DNA of 64,000 nt from Candidatus Bathyarchaeia archaeon (GTDB lineage: Archaea; Thermoproteota; Bathyarchaeia; Bathyarchaeales; Bathycorpusculaceae). The translations under genes were made by a program, and so were the position numbers. How positions within the stretch are numbered: the stretch's first letter is position 1; each line of letters opens with the position of its first letter. Below, piece after piece: positions 58,425 through 64,000 of this stretch. The notes under the pieces were generated by a model. That model was given only the letters and a program-made list of their open reading frames with translations. It was not told where the DNA came from and made no database searches. The stretch lies in NCBI GenBank assembly GCA_038882655.1, contig JAVZNT010000003.1:29388-93387 (forward strand), read 5' to 3'.

Positions 58425-58823
58425 ATGATGGCGTATAACGACAAAATATTAAATGCCTTGGAATCCGCAACAAACTACTTAGAGAAATCACTTTCCGCAC
58501 TGAACAACGGAGACGAAAACTCCTTTTCAAAACATTTTTGGCACGTTGCCGCCGAGCTGGAATACGCCCTTTTCATGTTCTCTCTAATTTTTCAAGAAGA
58601 AAATGTTGACAAGTCAAGATGGAAGCCTAACCCAGACGTAAAGAAGGACGATTTCCACAATGTCCTGGCTGAGGTCCGCAGCTTGCTAGACAACGCTAAA
58701 AAATTTTTGGCTGGCAGCAAGTTTTTAGACGCATATAAGGGCGTTTATGTTGCAAGGCACTGTGTTTTTGCTGTTGAAGAGAATCTTGCAAAGAAAAAGC
58801 GTGAACGCTTGAAAGCGAAGTAG
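58425..58823 (+). CDS. Hypothetical helical-bundle protein
   Basis: 132-aa ATG ORF with amphipathic helices. Confidence 0.65.
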   Translation: MMAYNDKILNALESATNYLEKSLSALNNGDENSFSKHFWHVAAELEYALFMFSLIFQEENVDKSRWKPNPDVKKDDFHNVLAEVRSLLDNAKKFLAGSKFLDAYKGVYVARHCVFAVEENLAKKKRERLKAK

Positions 58824-58824
58824 G

Positions 58825-59103
58825 CTACTCTTCTGGCAGCTTTCGCCCTTTAACCTTTAAATCGCCTTCTTCCCCACTTATAACCTTATAATAATCCTTA
58901 AGCTCGCTTTTGTGTAGAAACTTTTTCAAGAGCACCCTCAAATACTGTTTTGGAAGGCTTTTTTCTTCGCTTTCCACCACGATTTCGTTTGTTAGAGTTT
59001 TCACTTCAGTATTCGTCTTTTCCTTCAAAAATTCTGCAAGTTCTTTTATGACATCTCCGCCTTCAGCCTTAAGCTCGGACACATCAATTTTTATTTCGAC
59101 CAT
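58825..59103 (-). CDS. rpl22e: Ribosomal protein eL22 homologue
   Basis: I.ID.S.L...G.....LAEFLKEK and PKQYLRVLLKKFLHK.ELKDY.KVIS match eL22 ([27 protein letters not shown]); SD GGAGG. Confidence 0.8.
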   Translation of the reverse strand: MVEIKIDVSELKAEGGDVIKELAEFLKEKTNTEVKTLTNEIVVESEEKSLPKQYLRVLLKKFLHKSELKDYYKVISGEEGDLKVKGRKLPEE

Positions 59104-59125
59104 TCATCTTCGCCTCCATTCTGGT

Positions 59126-59785
59126 TTACTTTCTTACCATTATAACTCTAACTTGATCGCATGCATCCTCACATGCGTCTGCAATCATTTCCATCGCTTC
59201 AAAAAGCTGACCAACTAGGACTGCAACTCCAGCCCTTTGCAAGTTCTCTTTTCCCAGCAATGTTCTTGCTTCCTCGTGCAAGTCGTCCACTTTCTCCTCT
59301 TCCCTTTCCACGGCGTCTGCTGCTTGAAGGGCTTCTTCCGGCTTTGTTATTATTTTGTTTATGCACTTTTGGAGCAGTATAGCGCATTCCTTCACGCCTC
59401 TAGCCATCTCCATAAACTCTTTTTTGATAGAGGCGGGTACATGCTCCATAGGCGTGGCCATTAAAACCCTTGTTGATTCTCTGCTCCAGTCTGCAACCAT
59501 GTCCACCCTTTTAACAAGGTGCATTATGTCTTCTCTGGCTGTTGGCGGGAGTTCCCCTCTCGAGACTTCATCTATGACTTTTCGGCGTAAGCTGTCCGCT
59601 TCTCTTTCGCCGCTGGCAATTCTTTCCACGCAGTTCCGCAGCTCTTTCGAGTTGTTGTTTACCGCCGCCTTAACAGCCTTTTCCAAGTCCTCAACTATGC
59701 TTGTTGTTATGGCGAGGTGCTGCTGTATCATCGTTAGGGCTTTTGTTTCCCTCCGCTTTTCAAACCATTTTATTAACTCACTCAA
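59126..59785 (-). CDS. DUF47 (PhoU-like) phosphate transport regulator family protein
   Basis: E.EAD.LRR, P..RED...LV...D.VAD, EE.VDD, E.IAD..ED..D. Confidence 0.88.
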   Translation of the reverse strand: MSELIKWFEKRRETKALTMIQQHLAITTSIVEDLEKAVKAAVNNNSKELRNCVERIASGEREADSLRRKVIDEVSRGELPPTAREDIMHLVKRVDMVADWSRESTRVLMATPMEHVPASIKKEFMEMARGVKECAILLQKCINKIITKPEEALQAADAVEREEEKVDDLHEEARTLLGKENLQRAGVAVLVGQLFEAMEMIADACEDACDQVRVIMVRK

Positions 59786-60881
59786 CAGCCAACTCCTCCC
59801 TCAAGCCCAACTCTGGGTAGACGAACAAGTGGGCGTTTTCCGGCGGAAAGCTTAATGTAACCTTCTCCCCTACATTAAACCATTCGCAAGCCAGGGAAGG
59901 CGTAACAATAACCATCAAATCCTGATTTTCAAGCCTAACCTCGTACCTTAAGTTTGTTCCTTCAAAGGCTAACCTTTCAACAACGCCTAACATAGCATTT
60001 TCATCCTCACTTTTTCCCCTCTTAATGGTGAAGGTTTCCGGTCTGACAGCTAATACCACCCTTTCGCCTTTACCAATGCCTTTGTTGACCACTTGAACTT
60101 TTAGGCCGCCGCGAAGCTCAATAACAGCTATCCGCCCCTTGGTTTCTGCTATGAAACCCTCCAAAAAGTTTGAGCCTCCAATAAAATTTGCCACAAAAAT
60201 GCTCTGCGGGTTCATGTAAAGCTCTTGAGGAGTCCCTACCTGTAAGACTTTTCCCTTCTTCATAACGGCTATTCTGTCTGATATTGCCATAGCCTCTGAT
60301 TGATCGTGTGTCACGTGTATGGCTGTTAACTCCAAATCCTTAGTCATACGCCTAATCTCATATCTAAGCTCGTTTCTAACCTTAGCGTCTAAATGCCCCA
60401 AAGGTTCATCTAAAAGTAGCAGTTTTGCACCAGCGGCAAGAGCCCTTGCCACAGCTATTCTCTGCATCATTCCACCGCTCAACTCACTTGGAAATGCGTC
60501 CAACCTCTCGTGAAGCCTAACCATCTCCAAAACTTCATGCCCGATCCTTTCGGCTTTTTGCATATCAAAACCCTTAACCCTTGGGCCATAAGTGACGTTT
60601 TCCCAAGCATTCATGTGGGGGAAAAGCGCAAACGTTTGGAATACAAAACCGATGTCGCGGTCTTCTGGTGGCACATCATTAACAAGCCTATCGCTGATGT
60701 AGATTTTGCCTTCATCAGGCTTTATCAATCCGGCAATAAGCCTAAGCAAAGTTGTTTTTCCACAACCGCTCGGTCCAAGAATTGAGAAATATTCTTTATC
60801 CTTTATGTGGAGGCTAACGTTATCAACGGCCACAATTTTGCCAAATTTTTTCGTCACGTTGACCAAGCGCACGTCTGGCAT
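59778..60881 (-). CDS. ABC transporter ATP-binding protein (PotA/FbpC type, TOBE domain)
   Basis: GPSGCGKTT, LSGG, LLLDEP, VTHDQ.EA. Confidence 0.94.
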   Translation of the reverse strand: MPDVRLVNVTKKFGKIVAVDNVSLHIKDKEYFSILGPSGCGKTTLLRLIAGLIKPDEGKIYISDRLVNDVPPEDRDIGFVFQTFALFPHMNAWENVTYGPRVKGFDMQKAERIGHEVLEMVRLHERLDAFPSELSGGMMQRIAVARALAAGAKLLLLDEPLGHLDAKVRNELRYEIRRMTKDLELTAIHVTHDQSEAMAISDRIAVMKKGKVLQVGTPQELYMNPQSIFVANFIGGSNFLEGFIAETKGRIAVIELRGGLKVQVVNKGIGKGERVVLAVRPETFTIKRGKSEDENAMLGVVERLAFEGTNLRYEVRLENQDLMVIVTPSLACEWFNVGEKVTLSFPPENAHLFVYPELGLREELAVE

Positions 60882-60883
60882 GC

Positions 60884-62563
60884 CTAATACCTTCCCTTAC
60901 CCCTAACGATGAGCCTTAAAGTTAATAAGATTATGAAGGAGATTAATATTAAGAAACCGCAGCCCAAACCGATTTCCAAAAATTTAACAGCACTTCCAGA
61001 AGTCATCCATTCCCTAACCCAGTTCACGAGAACCACAGGGGCGGTCTTAAGCTGAGTAACGGCCAGTGTGGCACCCGTTTCGCTTACGCTTCTTGTGAAC
61101 ACCATTATGGCGCCAGAAAACATCGAATATTTGGTTAACGGGAATATTATTGTTCTGAAAACACCTAGGGATTTGGCCCCCAAAGTTTTCGATGCCTCCT
61201 CCAGCTCTATGCTTATTCGCTCAATAGCCGCCGACATAGATCTCACAAAATACGGGTATGTTATGGCCAAATGTGCAAAAACAAGAAGCCATATATCTGG
61301 TATGAAAGCTAAAGTTTCTTTCCAAAAGAATTTAAGAGAAACACCTAACGCCACCGAGGGCACGATTATGGGGATGTCGATAAGCACGTTTAAGGCTGAC
61401 GAAGTTTTCCCAAGCCTTTTTCGTGCAACAACTATTGCCATTGGCAAGCCTATAAGAACATTTAAGACCGTTACCACGGCTCCGAGGGAGTATGAAAGGA
61501 CGAGGCTTTGCCAATACTCCCCCCAAGGATAAACCCCCCTGAAAGCGTTATGCAATATGTCTGTTGATGCGGCTTCGAAGGCTGGAAGAGCCGCAAAAAG
61601 CGAGGGAATCAACACAATAACAAAGAAGATTAAGAGCGTGACGCCATTTCTAGTTAAAGCCGCTGAAGAATAGCTTATTTTCTTCTCAACTGCTGGCCAA
61701 GCCTTTTTTACTGGAAGTTTCAGCCTACCTCCAAGAACACGTACTGCAGCGAAAATTAGGCATGAAAAAACTATGAGAACGAGGCTTGCAAAAACTGTTG
61801 AGCCTTCATAAACAGCTTGACTAACTAAGGGTGGTTGAGCTGAAAACGCATTTTTCATGTTCTGAATAAAAACGGGACCATTTTCGAAGGCGCCAGCAAC
61901 CATCATTGTGGCTCCAGTTTCTGAAATCGACCTAGCAAACGCCAGAATAAAAGCCGCAATTAAGGAAGGCTTTATTATACCAAAAGTGACGGTTCTAGCT
62001 GTTGTGAAGGGCGGTGCCCCTAAAGTCCGTGACGCTTGCTCATACTCAATCTTGTAATCTAGTAAGGCGCCAACGATGACCCTTACAGCAACTGGGTATG
62101 AAAATGTGAAATGAAGAAGTGCAACTAGAAGCCAACCGGGCGAAACAAGTGAACCGCCAAAAAGCGCTGAAATTCCTTCCGGCTCATACCAGAATAGTAG
62201 GAGCGAATAGCCAAGCACAGCTGTCGGCACGATAAATGGGACGTCTGCAAGCGTGTCCAGAACGTTTATCCATTTAGACTTGCTTCGGGCTATGAGCCAA
62301 GCCATTGGAATGCCAGCAGTCACATCCAAAACCGAAACCAAAACAGCCATGATAAAGGAATTTTTCGCGGCGTCCAATGCCCGGTTCATAAGTTGGCTGT
62401 CGCCAAAAACCTCTTGCATTGAGCCCCACTTGATAATTATGCCCAAAATTGGGGGAATCAAAATTAGGGCGAAAAAAAGTATGACGGCGGTTAAATAGAC
62501 TCCATATTTGACCATGGGCTTTGATGAAAGCCTATCAAGCTTCTCAACGAATTTTTTGGGCAA
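60884..62563 (-). CDS. ABC transporter permease with two fused TM domains (FbpB/ThiP type)
   Basis: Two EAA loops (EQASRTLGA, EEASKTLGA) and two RS.SETGAT motifs. Confidence 0.9.
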   Translation of the reverse strand: MPKKFVEKLDRLSSKPMVKYGVYLTAVILFFALILIPPILGIIIKWGSMQEVFGDSQLMNRALDAAKNSFIMAVLVSVLDVTAGIPMAWLIARSKSKWINVLDTLADVPFIVPTAVLGYSLLLFWYEPEGISALFGGSLVSPGWLLVALLHFTFSYPVAVRVIVGALLDYKIEYEQASRTLGAPPFTTARTVTFGIIKPSLIAAFILAFARSISETGATMMVAGAFENGPVFIQNMKNAFSAQPPLVSQAVYEGSTVFASLVLIVFSCLIFAAVRVLGGRLKLPVKKAWPAVEKKISYSSAALTRNGVTLLIFFVIVLIPSLFAALPAFEAASTDILHNAFRGVYPWGEYWQSLVLSYSLGAVVTVLNVLIGLPMAIVVARKRLGKTSSALNVLIDIPIIVPSVALGVSLKFFWKETLAFIPDIWLLVFAHLAITYPYFVRSMSAAIERISIELEEASKTLGAKSLGVFRTIIFPLTKYSMFSGAIMVFTRSVSETGATLAVTQLKTAPVVLVNWVREWMTSGSAVKFLEIGLGCGFLILISFIILLTLRLIVRGKGRY

Positions 62564-62714
62564 ATTTATCCGCCTAAATCTAACTCAGCAAACTGACATG
62601 CTTCTTTTCTCATTCGTAAAATTTGCTGATAAGCTTTCCGTATTGAGGCGAGTGTTTCGCCTTGTTCAATCAAGGAAAAGGTAAAAGAGAATGTAAAAAT
62701 GGGGGATTTTAATT

Positions 62715-63398
62715 CTAGCCTATCTCAGGTCTTTTACGCCTAGTGTAGATTATTGCTGTTGTCATTATTGCTATTGCCACGGCTGTTGATATGCATATGG
62801 ACAATATTTCTATTGGAAGGCTTGGCAGCGATAACGGGTTTTGTGATGTTGCTTGCCAAATGTTTGTGCTGGTTGCCTTGTAGGCGATTGAGGCTGAGCC
62901 TTGAGTGACGCTTATCTCGAGTAGGGCTCCTGTTTGTTTGTCCCAGCGGTAAGTGTATTGTTCATTTTCTTCGACTTGGCTTGCGTAGACGTAGGTTCTG
63001 CTGGCTCCAGCGTATGTTCCAGTTGCTTCTCCGGCGATTGTTAAGCTACCGTTGGTCACCAATTGGATGGTATCTCCGGTTTTCGAGTTTGCTGGAATAA
63101 TCATTTGAAACGGTGCATTTCCAGAACCAGTTGCAATGTCAATGGTATAGGTTTCTGTGTGTTCTGTTTCATCGCTCATGTGCATGGTCATTCTCAAAGT
63201 CACAGTTGTTCCGGTGACAGATGCACATTCCGCTTTAACCCACTGAGGCATGTCTGATGGAGGAGTAGTGCCACTAACTTCAAGTTCATATTTTACCCAG
63301 TCGCCCACTTTGACGCCTACTTGCGCTTCTGCATAAGCCATGTTTAAGCAGAGCAGAAACGCCATGGTAATTACTCCAAAAATTGCGACTGGCTTCAT
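62715..63398 (-). CDS. Secreted/surface protein with a C-terminal TM anchor
   Basis: Signal peptide, VGVKVGDWVKY, WDKQTGALLE, C-terminal TM then RRKR. Confidence 0.8.
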   Translation of the reverse strand: MKPVAIFGVITMAFLLCLNMAYAEAQVGVKVGDWVKYELEVSGTTPPSDMPQWVKAECASVTGTTVTLRMTMHMSDETEHTETYTIDIATGSGNAPFQMIIPANSKTGDTIQLVTNGSLTIAGEATGTYAGASRTYVYASQVEENEQYTYRWDKQTGALLEISVTQGSASIAYKATSTNIWQATSQNPLSLPSLPIEILSICISTAVAIAIMTTAIIYTRRKRPEIG

Positions 63399-63411
63399 GC
63401 CTTATCCTCCA

Positions 63412-64000
63412 TTATCTGCGTTTAACGATGATGGTTGCTATTACAGAAGCCACTGCCACGATGGCAATAGACAATATTAGCCACCAGTAACTTAATATGG
63501 CCGTAAAGTCAAAGCCGCCACCGCCACTACCGCCACCGCTTAAATGTGCTGCTAACTGGTGGTAGCTGTGGTGGTATTGCACGTAGATTTGGGCGTACCC
63601 GCCGGCCTGGCTTATCTGAAAGTCTATGGGCTGATCATCCAAAGTGACTTTGACGTTTGAAAGGGTGCTTATCATGTCTGTTGGTATGGTTATGTTGGCT
63701 ATTCCCGTTGTTCCGTCCGGACCGCCAACGTTTATGCTTAAAGTCATGCTTGTAGAGTTGAAAACCACACCAAGCACGGAAGAGTTTGTGGAAACATACA
63801 TTCTCTTGTTCTTCCATTCAAGGGTCATGCGAATCCACCCTTCTGGCAGAACGGTGACAAAAGCGTTCAAACCAGTCGCTGCAGCCTCAAGACCATCGCT
63901 TACACCATCGCCATCAGTATCCCACTTCATTGGGTCTGTCCGGAAGACCTTCACCTCGACGCCGTCGCTGAGCCCGTCCCCGTCGCAGTCAGGGTTTCCT
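63412..64000 (-). CDS. Surface protein C-terminus (5' end outside window) with TSP3-like Ca-binding repeats and a TM anchor
   Basis: NPDCDGDGLSDGVE and DTDGDGVSDGLE repeats, Gly linker, TM then KRR; frame open to the window edge. Confidence 0.82.
   Translation of the reverse strand, partial: GNPDCDGDGLSDGVEVKVFRTDPMKWDTDGDGVSDGLEAAATGLNAFVTVLPEGWIRMTLEWKNKRMYVSTNSSVLGVVFNSTSMTLSINVGGPDGTTGIANITIPTDMISTLSNVKVTLDDQPIDFQISQAGGYAQIYVQYHHSYHQLAAHLSGGGSGGGGFDFTAILSYWWLILSIAIVAVASVIATIIVKRR

Noticed and set aside
1-64000. Many 60-190 aa antisense or alternate-frame ORFs over recognised genes
   Set aside because: Shadow ORFs of well-supported genes with no independent motifs

Overview
Gene-dense archaeal chromosome segment, most consistent with Bathyarchaeia (inferred from TACK-type ribosomal proteins, G1P dehydrogenase, aCPSF1, SepF and an eL22 homologue). 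1-9.3 kb is the distal spc-type ribosomal operon (uL24 to secY, EMC3/DUF106, eL34, cmk), with an Hsp20 gene inserted and adk absent. It is followed by glycosyltransferase genes, DNA ligase, a ThiF/MoeB protein, tRNA-Cys and an accessory region (22.4-29.7 kb). The rest is mostly housekeeping: hypA with an Mrp-type HypB, tRNA-Gly, Nop2/Nip7, hisS, endA, mtnA, egsA, psmB, aCPSF1, sepF, Lsm/eL37, uS10, mre11/rad50, an ABC transporter and surface proteins. The best candidate for an undescribed system is at 11.4-14.7 kb. It comprises a threonine-synthase-like protein whose PLP lysine is replaced by Arg and which is fused to a winged-helix domain, a perfect palindrome directly after the next TATA-like box, an HmpT/PdxU2-like ECF S-component and a PurM/ThiL-fold ATP-dependent enzyme. 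Together these suggest a vitamin-B6 sensing and salvage regulon. Also notable: a tandem gelsolin-like/Zn-ribbon two-gene module, an eL22 homologue, a degenerate tRNA-Cys att-like repeat bracketing a giant solenoid-Ig-wHTH gene, and an in-frame amber codon in a GAF gene. All calls come from reading motifs by eye; no database searches were run.
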